Of a DNA stretch of 64,000 bases, positions 36,760-47,174 are shown in pieces. Source of the stretch: Parcubacteria bacterium C7867-004. GTDB lineage: Bacteria; Patescibacteriota; Minisyncoccia; Phycocordibacterales; Phycocordibacteraceae. Under the pieces are notes generated by a model. That model was given only the letters and a program-made list of their open reading frames with translations, searched no databases and had not been told where the DNA came from. The translations under genes were made by a program, and so were the position numbers. Every line of letters starts with the position of its first letter. Position 1 is the first letter of the stretch. The stretch lies in contig LFCN01000006.1 of the NCBI GenBank assembly GCA_001189075.1, forward strand, positions 460,866-524,865, given 5' to 3'.

Positions 36760-37713
36760 ATGAGCGACAAGCCTATCCTTCTCTCCGGCATCAAGCCCAC
36801 CGGCACCCCGCACATCGGGAATTACTTCGGTGCGATGAAGCAGTTCGTGGAGTTCCAGACCATCGGAACGCACGACTGCTACTTCATGATCGCGGACTAT
36901 CACGCACTCAATTTCATACAAAGCGCGGGCGAGATGCGGGAACTCACGCGTGAGCTCATCCTTTCCTACCTTGCCGTAGGCCTTAATCCGGAGAAGGTAG
37001 TGCTGTTCAAGCAGTCGGACGTGCCTGCGCACACCGAACTCGCGTGGATCTTCGACACCATCACCACCATGCCGTATCTCATGCGCGCGCATGCCTATAA
37101 GGACGCGGAAGCGAAAGGGAAGGAAGTATCGGTAGGTACGTTTAATTACCCGATGCTGATGGCTGCCGATATCCTGCTCTATGACGCCGCGAAAGTCCCC
37201 GTCGGGCAGGACCAGAAGCAGCATATCGAGTACGCGCGGGATACCGCGGAGAAGTTCAACCGAACCTTCGGCGAGACCTTCGCGCTTCCCGAGGAATACA
37301 TCATGCCGGACGTCGCCATCGTTCCTGGTACTGATGGACAGAAGATGAGCAAGAGCTACGGGAACACCATCCCTTTGTTCGCATCCCGCCTCGAGATCGA
37401 GGAAGCGGTGATGAGCATCGTTACCGACTCGTCCGGAGACCGGCCCGAGAACGTCTACGGCATCCACAAGCTCGTCAAGAGCGAACGCGAGCTCGACTCC
37501 CTCTATGAAGAGCACGCAGGCAAGTACAAAGCACTTAAGGAAGCGCTTGTCGAAGACCTCGATGCGTTCATAGCGCCGATGCGCGATCGATTCCATGAAT
37601 TGTCCTTGGACCCTGAGATAGTTACCGAGACGCTCCGAAGGGGAGCTGAGCAAGCTAACGAACGAGCGAATGCCAAGATGGAATTGGTTCGAAGGGCGGT
37701 CGGGGTCGCGTAG
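36760..37713 (+). CDS. trpS: tryptophanyl-tRNA synthetase
   Basis: HIGH-type motif (TGTPHIGNYFG) and KMSKS (KMSKSYGN); start set at the internal ATG MSDKPILLSGIKPTG. Confidence 0.9.
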   Translation: MSDKPILLSGIKPTGTPHIGNYFGAMKQFVEFQTIGTHDCYFMIADYHALNFIQSAGEMRELTRELILSYLAVGLNPEKVVLFKQSDVPAHTELAWIFDTITTMPYLMRAHAYKDAEAKGKEVSVGTFNYPMLMAADILLYDAAKVPVGQDQKQHIEYARDTAEKFNRTFGETFALPEEYIMPDVAIVPGTDGQKMSKSYGNTIPLFASRLEIEEAVMSIVTDSSGDRPENVYGIHKLVKSERELDSLYEEHAGKYKALKEALVEDLDAFIAPMRDRFHELSLDPEIVTETLRRGAEQANERANAKMELVRRAVGVA

Positions 37714-37787
37714 TTGACAGATACTTTTTATACGTATTAATTACGGGACGCTGACGATTACCGTCGGCACTCATCAAAGGGTCACTG

Positions 37788-37970
37788 ATGCCGACCATGC
37801 ACTTTGAGGGCAGCCATCCGAATGGCGACGAAGCGGCAAGAATCGCTAAGCAGAAGATGACGGTCTGGTTCGGCGAACGCCCAGAACGCGCGATCGTATC
37901 CGAGTCCGCACCGGAGATGATTCCTGGCAAAGAGGGCGTGACCGCACGGATCGACGTGACCTACACCTGA
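37788..37970 (+). CDS. hypothetical small protein (60 aa)
   Basis: Short ORF with TTGACA-containing promoter-like sequence upstream; weak support. Confidence 0.25.
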   Translation: MPTMHFEGSHPNGDEAARIAKQKMTVWFGERPERAIVSESAPEMIPGKEGVTARIDVTYT

Positions 37971-38047
37971 GACAGATCCGGAGACGCCATTCTCCGCATT
38001 ACAATCGCCCGAGCATTCAATGCCCGGGCGTGTTATTTTGTCTTTAT

Positions 38048-39370
38048 ATGAAGGAACGGACGCTAATAGGAGACCTCGCCCAGAAGGCGGGAGAGGAGGT
38101 GGTTATCAACGGCTGGGTGGACGTGAGGCGCGACCAGGGAAAGCTCGTATTCTTCGATTTTCGGGACCGATCGGGAACTGTCCAGGGTGTTGTCCTCCCC
38201 GGAGACGAAGCGCTCATGACGCTCGCAAAGGAGGCTCGAGGCGAATTCGTGGTCTCGGTTGCAGGCATCGTTAACAAGCGTCCGGAGAAGAACGTGCAGG
38301 AAGGGAAGGTGAACGGCGACATCGAGCTGGAGATCAAGGGCATCGAGATCCTCGCGAAGGCTGCCGAGCTTCCGTTCGATAAGGATGGCGAGCTGAACAT
38401 CGAGACCCGTTTTGATAACCGCCCGTACACACTCCGAAGCCGCCGCGATCAGGATATCTTCACCGTCCAGGCGACTATCGTCGACGCATACCGTCACGCG
38501 CTCTCGTCACGCGGATTCATGGACTTCCAGGCGCCAGCGCTCGTGGGCGGAGACGCTGAGGGAGGTGCTGCGGTCTTCAAGGTCGAGTACTACAACGATC
38601 GAACCGCCTACCTGGCAACCAGCCCTCAGCTCTATAAGCAGATCATGGTCGGCGCCTTCGAACGCGCATTCACCATTGCGAAGATCTTCCGCGCCGAGAA
38701 GAGCGCTACTACCCGTCACCTCTCCGAGCTCACCCAGATGGACTTCGAGATGGGATTCGTGAAGGACGAGTTCGACGTTATGCAGATGCTCGAAGACGTT
38801 ATCCGTGACGTCGTCACGACCGTGGGAGAAAAGCATGCGGATGTCTTCGAACGGTTCGCAGTCCCGGTACCAGCACTTGGACAAAAGTTCCCTATACTCA
38901 CACTTGCCGAAGCTCACGAGACGCTCGGTGTTGCCGCCGAAGACGACATGACCCCCGAGCACGAGCGTGCCATCTGCGAATGGGCGCTCAAGGAGCATGG
39001 GTCCGACTTCGTGTTCATCACCAAGTTCCCGGTAGCAGCTCGCGCCTTCTACACGATGTCTGACGGACCGGTACTCAGCCGCGGATTCGATCTTCTCTTC
39101 CGCGGACTTGAGATAAACAGCGGTGCTCAGCGCATCCATGACTATGACGAGATGGTTGAACGCATCGAATCGCGTGGTATGGATCCAAAGAAGTTCGCCT
39201 TCTATCTTCAGGCATTCAAGTACGGCATCCCGCCGCACGGCGGCTGCTCGACCGGGCTTGAGCGCTTCACCGCGCGCATGCTCGAGCTCGGGAACGTAAA
39301 AGAGGCGTCGTCGTTCCCACGCGACATGAACCGTATCGACATACTGCTTTCGCAGGCCGACGAGGTATGA
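38048..39370 (+). CDS. aspS: class IIb aminoacyl-tRNA synthetase, archaeal/eukaryal-type AspRS (or AsnRS)
   Basis: N-terminal OB anticodon-binding domain, motif 2 (FRAEKSATTRHLSELTQMDFEM), motif 3 (GGCSTGLERFTARML). Its ~440-aa size fits type-2 AspRS/AsnRS; the two cannot be told apart with certainty by eye. Confidence 0.8.
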   Translation: MKERTLIGDLAQKAGEEVVINGWVDVRRDQGKLVFFDFRDRSGTVQGVVLPGDEALMTLAKEARGEFVVSVAGIVNKRPEKNVQEGKVNGDIELEIKGIEILAKAAELPFDKDGELNIETRFDNRPYTLRSRRDQDIFTVQATIVDAYRHALSSRGFMDFQAPALVGGDAEGGAAVFKVEYYNDRTAYLATSPQLYKQIMVGAFERAFTIAKIFRAEKSATTRHLSELTQMDFEMGFVKDEFDVMQMLEDVIRDVVTTVGEKHADVFERFAVPVPALGQKFPILTLAEAHETLGVAAEDDMTPEHERAICEWALKEHGSDFVFITKFPVAARAFYTMSDGPVLSRGFDLLFRGLEINSGAQRIHDYDEMVERIESRGMDPKKFAFYLQAFKYGIPPHGGCSTGLERFTARMLELGNVKEASSFPRDMNRIDILLSQADEV

Positions 39371-40791
39371 AGCTCACCTTCGGAAACGCTGAGATAGAGA
39401 ACGCACCGAAAGGGTACGTTCGTATCCGCCTAACCGAAGAAGATATGGGGGTGCAACGCATCGTGCGCGAGAACAGCACCGACTGGCTCGAGCTCGGATG
39501 CGGAAAAGCGAAAGACATGAGCCGCAGGCGGTTCATAATTCTCTGCCGCGCAATCGTCATGGCAGCGAAGAAACACAGAGCGAGGAAGATCGCGCTTCAG
39601 TTCGATAAGACTCCTGCGCTGTTCAAGAATCTGCAGAAGATGACACCAGAGGAGATCTCCTCACTTGCCGCGCAGAACTATGAGATGGCGAACTTCGAGT
39701 TCACCACCTTCAAGACCAAGCCGAAAGAGGGATTCGGTCAGGTGGATGAGATCCTGCTTCTCGGGAAGTCCTCAAAGTCTATTGAGGCGGCTACCAAGCG
39801 CGGGCAGCTTATCGGTCAGGCCGTGAATGACTGCCGCGAACTCGCCAATACCCCAGGCGGAGATATGACCCCCCGGAAGCTCGCCAAAGCCGCAAAAACG
39901 GCCGTTACGGGGCTTCCGATAACCGTTACGACCCTGGGAAGGGTCCAGATGGAAAAGCTTGGTATGGGGGCGCTTCTCGGCGTTGCCGCCGGATCCAGTG
40001 AGGAACCGACGTTTACGGTCCTTGAGTACAAAGGCGCTAGCGGAAAGCCGATTGTGCTCGCCGGGAAGGGCATTACGTTCGACTCAGGAGGCCTCAATCT
40101 CAAATCCTCAGCAGGCATTTATGAGATGCATATGGACATGTCGGGAGCAGCTGCGGTTATCCATACCATCGCGCTTGTTGCACGCCTGAAGGTAAAGAAG
40201 CGTATCATCGCGCTCGTGCCGTCAGCAGAGAACATGCCGGGCAACAATGCGTATCGCCCGGGGGACATCCTCAAGTCGCTTTCAGGAAAGACCATCGAGG
40301 TCTTGAACACGGACGCAGAAGGTCGTCTTATCCTCGCTGATGCGATCACGTACGCGAAGCGTCTCAAACCATCGGTTGTTATCGATGTGGCGACGCTTAC
40401 AGGAGCCGCTATGAGCGCACTGGGTCTCTATGCAAGCGCGATACTCACGAAAGATGATGAGCTCGCTGACACGCTCGCGCGCGTCGGCGAGGAGACCGGC
40501 GATTATCTCTGGCGCCTTCCGTTGTGGGATGAGTACGAGCCCGCTATCAAGGGAACCTTTGCCGATCTCTCTAATATCGGCACGGGAGCAGGCGGCCGGT
40601 ATGGCGGCGCAACCGAAGGCGGCATATTTCTCTGGCAGTTCGCCAAAGAGCTCGACTGTCTATGGGCACACCTCGATATCGCTCCCCGTATGACATCTGC
40701 TCCCGGCGACGAACTTGCGAAGGGCGCAGCCGGAGCTCCAGTCCGTGCACTGCTATCATTCATAGAGTCATGGAACCCGAACGCGTCGTAA
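39367..40791 (+). CDS. pepA: leucyl aminopeptidase (M17)
   Basis: NTDAEGRL signature and M17 metal-binding residues; 4-nt overlap with the upstream gene. Confidence 0.9.
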   Translation: MKLTFGNAEIENAPKGYVRIRLTEEDMGVQRIVRENSTDWLELGCGKAKDMSRRRFIILCRAIVMAAKKHRARKIALQFDKTPALFKNLQKMTPEEISSLAAQNYEMANFEFTTFKTKPKEGFGQVDEILLLGKSSKSIEAATKRGQLIGQAVNDCRELANTPGGDMTPRKLAKAAKTAVTGLPITVTTLGRVQMEKLGMGALLGVAAGSSEEPTFTVLEYKGASGKPIVLAGKGITFDSGGLNLKSSAGIYEMHMDMSGAAAVIHTIALVARLKVKKRIIALVPSAENMPGNNAYRPGDILKSLSGKTIEVLNTDAEGRLILADAITYAKRLKPSVVIDVATLTGAAMSALGLYASAILTKDDELADTLARVGEETGDYLWRLPLWDEYEPAIKGTFADLSNIGTGAGGRYGGATEGGIFLWQFAKELDCLWAHLDIAPRMTSAPGDELAKGAAGAPVRALLSFIESWNPNAS

Positions 40792-41519
40792 CCAACTACA
40801 CGGGCTTCACCATCAAGGCCGGCTCCTTCGAAGGACCGTTCGAGCTCATTCTCGACCTCATCGAGAAACGGAAGCTTTCCGTGAACGAGATTACGCTCGC
40901 GCAGGTGACCGATGACTACATCGCGTTCGTGCGCGGACACGAGGCGTTCCCAATGGAAGACGCCGCGCAGTTCATCGGCATCGCCGCGACTCTGCTTCTT
41001 ATAAAATCGAAGTCGCTGATCCCCGAGCTCGAGCTCTCGACCGAAGAGGAGGAAGACGTCGATGATTTGAAGCGTCGTCTCATTCTCTATGAGCATGTGC
41101 GTACTGCTCGACAGGAACTTGCGCGCATCTTCGGGCAATCCGTACTCGTTTCCGCAGGGGACCGAGCACCAGAACCCATATTCGCCCCATCGCGCGACCT
41201 GACGCTTCCGCAGCTCACCGAAGCGCTCGCGCATGCACTCCTCGTTCTCGAGAAAGTAGAAGAGAAGCTTCCGGAAGCGAGGATCCGTTCCCTCGTTACC
41301 ATCGAGGAAGTTATGGATACGCTTCTGAAGCGCGTCCAGACCGCTATGAATCTCTCATTCAAGGAGTTCTCGAAGGGAAGCGCCGAGAAGGTCGAGGTTA
41401 TCGTCTCCTTCCTCGCGCTTCTTGAGCTCGTTAAGCAAGGAGCTGTTGATGCACTCCAGCACACCGCGTTCGAAGACATCCGAATAACTAATACGAGCGC
41501 AGGTGTACCGCGCTATTAA
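40770..41519 (+). CDS. scpA: segregation and condensation protein A
   Basis: ScpA N-terminal motif (FEGPFELILDLIEKRKLSVNEITLAQVTDDYIAFV) and C-terminal winged helix; start set at internal ATG MEPERV. Confidence 0.8.
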   Translation: MEPERVVTNYTGFTIKAGSFEGPFELILDLIEKRKLSVNEITLAQVTDDYIAFVRGHEAFPMEDAAQFIGIAATLLLIKSKSLIPELELSTEEEEDVDDLKRRLILYEHVRTARQELARIFGQSVLVSAGDRAPEPIFAPSRDLTLPQLTEALAHALLVLEKVEEKLPEARIRSLVTIEEVMDTLLKRVQTAMNLSFKEFSKGSAEKVEVIVSFLALLELVKQGAVDALQHTAFEDIRITNTSAGVPRY

Positions 41520-41523
41520 CTAT

Positions 41524-41799
41524 ATGAAAACAGTTGAGAAGAAGATTTTGCCTGAGTATTTCGAGGAGATTCTGAGCGGGAGGAAGACCTATGAACTTCG
41601 GCTGAACGATTTTGATATACACGAAGGCGACACGCTCTTACTCAAAGAATGGAGCAAAGAGCGGAAAGAATATACTGGCCGAGAAATCTCGAAGACGGTG
41701 GGTTTCGTTCGAGGGTGGAAACTCGGTGACCTCGAGGAGTTTTGGCCGAGAGAGGACCTCGAGAAATTCGGTATACAGATCATCTCTCTCAAGGATTAA
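41524..41799 (+). CDS. DUF3850/ASCH-like PUA-fold small protein
   Basis: ILPEYFEEILSGRKTYELRLNDFDIHEGDTLLL pattern typical of DUF3850/ASCH proteins; local GC lower than the window average. Confidence 0.5.
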   Translation: MKTVEKKILPEYFEEILSGRKTYELRLNDFDIHEGDTLLLKEWSKERKEYTGREISKTVGFVRGWKLGDLEEFWPREDLEKFGIQIISLKD

Positions 41800-41802
41800 T
41801 TT

Positions 41803-42405
41803 ATGATCCAAGTTGTCGAGATACACGGGGGCTCTACCCATGATTCCTATGAGAAATATCTCGAGGAGCTCCGTTCTAAGCAGGTAACCAAGAAGCATCT
41901 ATTTCCCTGGATAGGCTGGAAGCAGGGTATGCGCGACGAGCTTGGCCCCGAGTACGAGGTCCTCATGCCGCAGATGCCCAACAAGCAGAACTCCAAGTAT
42001 GCAGAGTGGAAGATATGGTTCGACAAGATAGTGCCGCTTCTCGATGAGAAAATCATTCTCGTTGGCCACTCACTTGGCGGGATATTCCTCGCGAAATACC
42101 TTTCGGAGAACGTCATCGATAAAGACATCCTCGCGACGTTCCTGGTAGCGGCACCCTTTGATGACAGCAGCGAGGAGTCCTCACTGGCGGATTTCGTACT
42201 TCCAGAATCGCTTGCGAAGTTCACCGAGCAGAGCCGCATCATTCACCTCTATCAGAGCACCGACGATCCCGTCGTTCCATTCACTGAGCTCGCGAAGTAT
42301 CAGGCGAAGCTGCCGTATGCGCTCGCGTCAGTATTCGAGGACCGCGGGCACTTCAACCAGGACGATTTCCCAGAACTTACATCTGATATCAAAGCGATTA
42401 ACTAA
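41803..42405 (+). CDS. alpha/beta hydrolase, YdeN/RBBP9-like serine hydrolase
   Basis: GHSLGG nucleophile elbow, ~200-aa single-domain hydrolase; later Asp (QSTDDPVVPF) and His (EDRGHF) candidates. Confidence 0.65.
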   Translation: MIQVVEIHGGSTHDSYEKYLEELRSKQVTKKHLFPWIGWKQGMRDELGPEYEVLMPQMPNKQNSKYAEWKIWFDKIVPLLDEKIILVGHSLGGIFLAKYLSENVIDKDILATFLVAAPFDDSSEESSLADFVLPESLAKFTEQSRIIHLYQSTDDPVVPFTELAKYQAKLPYALASVFEDRGHFNQDDFPELTSDIKAIN

Positions 42406-43168
42406 CGACAAACAAGAAGAAGACGAGTGCGATAAAGATGCGGTAGATACCGAAAGGGATAAACGTATGCTTGCGCACGTACTGAAGCAAGAAGCGGATG
42501 GAGAAGAAGGCAACGATGAAGGAGACGATAAATCCGATCGCAAGGTTGCCGAAGTCCGCCGAAGAGAACGTACCGGCACTCTTCAAAAGATCGAGGCCCG
42601 TCGCCGCTGCCATAACCGGAACCGCCAGAAGAAAAGAGAACTCGAGTATTGCGACGCGACGGATACCCGCAATCAGCCCGCCTACGATGGTAGCGGCAGA
42701 ACGGGACACGCCCGGGATGATGGCTATCGACTGGAAGAGCCCGACGATAATCGCTTGCTTATAGGTAATATCGTGGACTTCGCCTGCGGCGGAATCCTTC
42801 TCCATGTGCAGAAGCTCGAACACGATGAGCGCCGCACCGCCAAGTGCGAGCGCCCACAACACTACCTGAATATTCCCGAGAAGATACGTCTTCGCGACAC
42901 CATGCAGAGCAAGTCCGATAACTGCGGTCGGGATGAACGCAGCCGCAATCTTTTTTAATATCGAGACATCAAGGAATGATTTCCAGTACAGAATTACAAC
43001 CGCGAGTATCGCGCCAAGCTGTATCGCTATCTCGAATGATTTGAGGAACTCGGTAGACGGGAGTCCGAGAAGCTCGCTCGCAAGGATGAGGTGGCCCGTC
43101 GAGGAGACGGGGAGGAATTCGGTGATGCCCTCGACGATGCCGAGTATCACGCTGTCGAGCCAGGTCAT
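42398..43168 (-). CDS. uppP: undecaprenyl-diphosphate phosphatase
   Basis: BacA/UppP signatures (GITEFLPVSSTGHLIL, PGVSRSAATI); 8 TM. Confidence 0.9.
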   Translation of the reverse strand: MTWLDSVILGIVEGITEFLPVSSTGHLILASELLGLPSTEFLKSFEIAIQLGAILAVVILYWKSFLDVSILKKIAAAFIPTAVIGLALHGVAKTYLLGNIQVVLWALALGGAALIVFELLHMEKDSAAGEVHDITYKQAIIVGLFQSIAIIPGVSRSAATIVGGLIAGIRRVAILEFSFLLAVPVMAAATGLDLLKSAGTFSSADFGNLAIGFIVSFIVAFFSIRFLLQYVRKHTFIPFGIYRIFIALVFFLFVVS

Positions 43169-43532
43169 GGGGAAAAGTATATTCGCAAAGTATCGACAGC
43201 GCTATCGCGGTGCTATATTTCATGGCAAGGATGTCATCGGGATGTCCTGAAGCTCTTGGGGGCTCGAATGGCTAAGGAGAATAGGAACAGACGTTTGAAC
43301 AAGAAGTCGGGACCGAGGAGAAAGGTTCCGAAGCACGGGAAAGGGAAAGCAGCGCGGACGTGGTGGTACCACAGCAGCCAGCGGGTTGAAGGTCGTTCGC
43401 GTCGGCGAAGGTAGCGGACAGGATTTCCGAGGACAAAACGGCACGGCTCGCGCACGCGGGCCGTTTTCATATATAGGCTTTCCGTACCAAAGGGTTGCCC
43501 TTGACCGCCTTCAAGCGGTATTCTGTGACCAT

Positions 43533-44093
43533 ATGGCTCTGGCCCTCTCTTCGCAGCTTGAAGCTGTCCTATTCGCTTCAGGCGAAGCACTCTCGAAGGC
43601 GCGTCTCGCAAAGCTGTTCGAGGTATCTAAGGACTCCATCGACGACGCACTGAATGCGCTCCGCATCTCGCTCGGTGACGACCGCGGACTCGCGCTCGTT
43701 GAGACCGATGAGGAAGTAGAGCTTAAGACGGCAGCAGGGGCAGCAGACGCTATCAAGAAACTGCGCGAGAGCGAGCTCTCCCGCGACCTCGGTCGAGCAA
43801 GCCTTGAGACACTCGCGCTCATCCTTTACAAAGGAAGCGCTACCCGCGGCGACATTGATTGGGTGCGCGGCGTGAACTCTGGCGCCGCACTTCGCGTGCT
43901 TACACTCCGCGGGCTTGTGGAGCGCTATGAGGACCCTGAGGACAAGCGTCGTGCGCGCTATCGCGCTACCGTGGACGCGCTTTCGCACCTGGGCGTCGAA
44001 AAGCGGGAGCAGCTCCCGCGCTATGAGGAACTGAACGTGATGCTCCGTATCCAAGAAGATAAAGCAGCCGCTGCTGACGCCACTGACCTATGA
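43533..44093 (+). CDS. scpB: segregation and condensation protein B
   Basis: Tandem winged-helix ScpB pattern (LEAVLFASGEALS..., ETLALILYKGSATRGDIDWVRGV); start set at internal ATG MALALSS. Confidence 0.8.
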   Translation: MALALSSQLEAVLFASGEALSKARLAKLFEVSKDSIDDALNALRISLGDDRGLALVETDEEVELKTAAGAADAIKKLRESELSRDLGRASLETLALILYKGSATRGDIDWVRGVNSGAALRVLTLRGLVERYEDPEDKRRARYRATVDALSHLGVEKREQLPRYEELNVMLRIQEDKAAAADATDL

Positions 44094-45097
44094 CCGCAAA
44101 CGAACCCGATTTGAAGACATTGATCCGTAAGCTCGAGAAGCGGCACCAGAAGAAGCAGGCGACAACCGCGCTTCTGGCCGGTACCGCTGTCTTAGGTCTT
44201 ATCGTTCTCATCTCACCGCTTTTCACCAAGCAGGAATCGCAGCCTATTGTTGAAGTACCGGGACCCGTTGCTCCGCTTACGGGGCCTGACGCATACGCAA
44301 ACACGAAGATCGAAGCGAAGGCAGCTATCGTCTACGACCTCACCACGCAGGAGGTGCTCTACGCGAAGAACAGCCGCTCGCAGCTCCCACTCGCGTCCCT
44401 TACGAAGCTTTTGACCATGTACGCCGCGAGCGACTCGCTCAAGCCAGACGCAACCGTTGTTATGACCGCGTCGGCACTCGCGTCCGAAGGCGAGAGCGGC
44501 TTTACGGAAGGCGAGACATTCGCGTTCAAAGACCTCGCACGTATCGCGCTTGTCGCTTCTTCAAATGATGCGACTTCGGCAATCGCCGAGACTGCCGCAA
44601 TCGCGAAGGCAACCTCAGGCCAGAACATGCTCGCAAGCGCGGTGTCCGCGATGGGTCTTTCGCAGACCTATGCCATCAACGGTACCGGCCTCGACGAGAG
44701 CACCTCGGTGTCTGGCGGATACGGATCGGCGTACGATGTCGCTACCCTCTCCGGTGCACTCCTTACCAAGGCGCCTGATATCGCGCATGCGACTATCGCC
44801 TCATCGCTCACGATTCGCTCGAAGGAAGGCGTGCTCCACACGCTCAAGAACACGAACCCGGATGTGGTGCGCGTTCCTAACCTGCTTCTCTCGAAGACCG
44901 GATTCACGGACCTTGCCGGAGGAAACCTCGCGGTTGTATTTGATGCGGGTATCGGGCATCCGGTTGCGATAGTAGTACTGGGCTCATCAATCGACGGACG
45001 GTTCCGTGATGTCGATAAACTTCTGTCGCTGACGCTCGATCACTTCGCCGGCATCGATCCCTCTTCCCAGACCGCAGCCGTGGGCAACGCCCTCTAA
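44090..45097 (+). CDS. D-alanyl-D-alanine carboxypeptidase (S11, PBP5-like), membrane-anchored
   Basis: SxxK (SLTKLLT), SxN (SSND) and KTG (LSKTGFT) active-site motifs; N-terminal TM anchor. Confidence 0.8.
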   Translation: MTANEPDLKTLIRKLEKRHQKKQATTALLAGTAVLGLIVLISPLFTKQESQPIVEVPGPVAPLTGPDAYANTKIEAKAAIVYDLTTQEVLYAKNSRSQLPLASLTKLLTMYAASDSLKPDATVVMTASALASEGESGFTEGETFAFKDLARIALVASSNDATSAIAETAAIAKATSGQNMLASAVSAMGLSQTYAINGTGLDESTSVSGGYGSAYDVATLSGALLTKAPDIAHATIASSLTIRSKEGVLHTLKNTNPDVVRVPNLLLSKTGFTDLAGGNLAVVFDAGIGHPVAIVVLGSSIDGRFRDVDKLLSLTLDHFAGIDPSSQTAAVGNAL

Positions 45098-45100
45098 TTC

Positions 45101-46162
45101 ATGATCATAGACGCTGCCAGAGTCCTCATACCATCCGTTGTCTCGTTCGTCATAGGTATCGCGATGGCGCCGCTACTCGCGCACTATCTCTACAAGTACA
45201 AGACCTGGAAGAAGAAAGGCGGGAAAGGGAACGGGATGGGGGATACCAACGGGACACCGCTGTTCGATGAGCTGCATCGCGAACGGGAGGTATCCACGCC
45301 GCGCATGGGTGGGATCATCGTTTGGGGAGCGACGCTCCTGACTGCGCTCGGCATATCCTTCTTCTCCATGCTGTTCGGGGAGCCCTTCGCCTCGTTCGAC
45401 TTCATGAACCGCAGTCAGACCTGGATCCCGCTCTTCGCACTTGCGGTAGGGGCGCTCGTGGGTCTTGTTGACGATATACTCGAAGTAACAAGCAGCAGTG
45501 GGGGACTGAAGCTGCGCTATCGGCTTCTGGTTGTTGCTGGACTCGGTGCATTCGCCGGATGGTGGTTCTACGCAAAGCTCGGTGTCTCCGCGATCGGCAT
45601 GCCCTTCATCGGTCCGATTGAGCTCGGCCCCTTCTTCGTGCTCTTTTTCATACTGGTAACGCTCGCGCTCTATGCCGGCGGCATTATCGACGGTATCGAT
45701 GGGCTCGCGGGCGGCATCTTCGCGATTATCTTCATGACCTATGCGGGTATCGCATTCGCCCAGGAGCAGACCGCGCTCGCTGCATTCGCCGCTACCGTCT
45801 CCGGAGCCCTCTTCGCGTTCCTCTGGTTCAATATCCCGCCTGCGCGCTTCTACTTATCCGAAACAGGAACGATGGCCCTTACCGTAGCGCTTTCCATAAC
45901 TGCGTTCTCGGCCGACGTGCTCGGAGAGGGAGTCGGCGTGGCTGTCCTTCCGATCATTGCGCTTCCGCTCACTGTTACCGTCGCTACCACGGTCCTTCAG
46001 GCGATCTCGAAGAAAGTCTTTAAGAAGAAGCTCTTCCGTATCGCGCCTATTCACCATCACTTCGAGGCGGTGGGATGGCCTGCGTATAAGGTGACCATGC
46101 GGTACTGGGTTATCACCATCATCGCGGGCATCTTCGGCCTTGCTCTCGCGCTCCTTAAATAA
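45101..46162 (+). CDS. mraY: phospho-N-acetylmuramoyl-pentapeptide transferase
   Basis: MraY 10-TM architecture with conserved DD and PIHHHFE-like (APIHHHFEAVGW) motifs. Confidence 0.95.
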   Translation: MIIDAARVLIPSVVSFVIGIAMAPLLAHYLYKYKTWKKKGGKGNGMGDTNGTPLFDELHREREVSTPRMGGIIVWGATLLTALGISFFSMLFGEPFASFDFMNRSQTWIPLFALAVGALVGLVDDILEVTSSSGGLKLRYRLLVVAGLGAFAGWWFYAKLGVSAIGMPFIGPIELGPFFVLFFILVTLALYAGGIIDGIDGLAGGIFAIIFMTYAGIAFAQEQTALAAFAATVSGALFAFLWFNIPPARFYLSETGTMALTVALSITAFSADVLGEGVGVAVLPIIALPLTVTVATTVLQAISKKVFKKKLFRIAPIHHHFEAVGWPAYKVTMRYWVITIIAGIFGLALALLK

Positions 46163-46538
46163 CGGCGATCGCTTCGATCTCGACAAGCGCGCCGGCAACG
46201 CCTAACTGCTCGACGAAGAGGAAGCTGATGGCAGTAGGGTAGTTACCCCAGATCTTCTGAGCTGCTGCGAGACCCTCTTTGATATCTTGACCGCTCACGA
46301 CACTAATATTCATCTTCACGACGTTCTCTTGGGACGCATCGACGCTCTTCAGTATCTCAAGAATGTTCTTGTACGCTTGCTCGGTCTGAGCAGAGAGCGT
46401 ATCGCCGGCCATCTTTCCGTCCTTGAGGATGCCGTTCTGTCCGCCGATATAGAGCGTCTTCCCGCCTTCAGCAAGTACCGCTTGCGAGAAGACCGGGCTT
46501 TTGTAGAGCGCGTCGGGATTCACGTGCGTGATTTTCAT
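46155..46538 (-). CDS. ridA: RidA/YjgF family reactive-intermediate deaminase
   Basis: YjgF/chorismate-mutase-like fold signature across 127 aa; convergent 8-nt overlap with the mraY end. Confidence 0.85.
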   Translation of the reverse strand: MKITHVNPDALYKSPVFSQAVLAEGGKTLYIGGQNGILKDGKMAGDTLSAQTEQAYKNILEILKSVDASQENVVKMNISVVSGQDIKEGLAAAQKIWGNYPTAISFLFVEQLGVAGALVEIEAIAVI

Positions 46539-46654
46539 AGCAGAACTGTAATCCGCACCGTCTGACGAATCGATGAAGCACGTACCAGGTAATTTGACAC
46601 CTCCTAGATCTAGTACTTTACTGTGACGGGTTGTAACGGAAAGGATGGGCCACC

Positions 46655-47062
46655 ATGGCCAGGGACATCGAGCGGTGGGCGGTGGGTATTTTCAGCGCAT
46701 TTGTCCTGCTATGCATTCTTTGGACACTTGGGAGGCCAGAGATGTATTCGGCAGCAGGAGCGACCTCAGGACCCGATGACGGCGGACTGAGCGCCAATGG
46801 AGTACTGCTATTCGAAGGGGTGTTTCTGACGCTCCTGATCTACGCCGGTTGGAGGATCGGCATCGGCAAGACATTTCTGATGCTCTTGGCGTCCGTCATG
46901 ACCATCCTGGGCTTCTGCCTTGGGATCGGGAAGGACCACATCGCGCCGGACCAGATGCTGTTGACGTTCATCGCCCTCATCGTGACCTTCGTGCTTCCAA
47001 TGACATTCGGCCTGTCGGGCCTCATCATCGCGTTCGGAACCACGCGACCGATCAGGCGCTGA
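46655..47062 (+). CDS. small integral membrane protein (4 TM), hypothetical
   Basis: Hydrophobic 135-aa ORF with AAGGA SD-like sequence upstream. Confidence 0.4.
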   Translation: MARDIERWAVGIFSAFVLLCILWTLGRPEMYSAAGATSGPDDGGLSANGVLLFEGVFLTLLIYAGWRIGIGKTFLMLLASVMTILGFCLGIGKDHIAPDQMLLTFIALIVTFVLPMTFGLSGLIIAFGTTRPIRR

Positions 47063-47174
47063 CCAGAAGCCGCCGTGTTCGACTAACTTCCGCCACTACA
47101 ATTAAGGTAGCCGGCGGTTTTATTTTTCTTCATACCATCTGGGAACGACCGTTCGTAGGCTAGAATAGGAAGAC

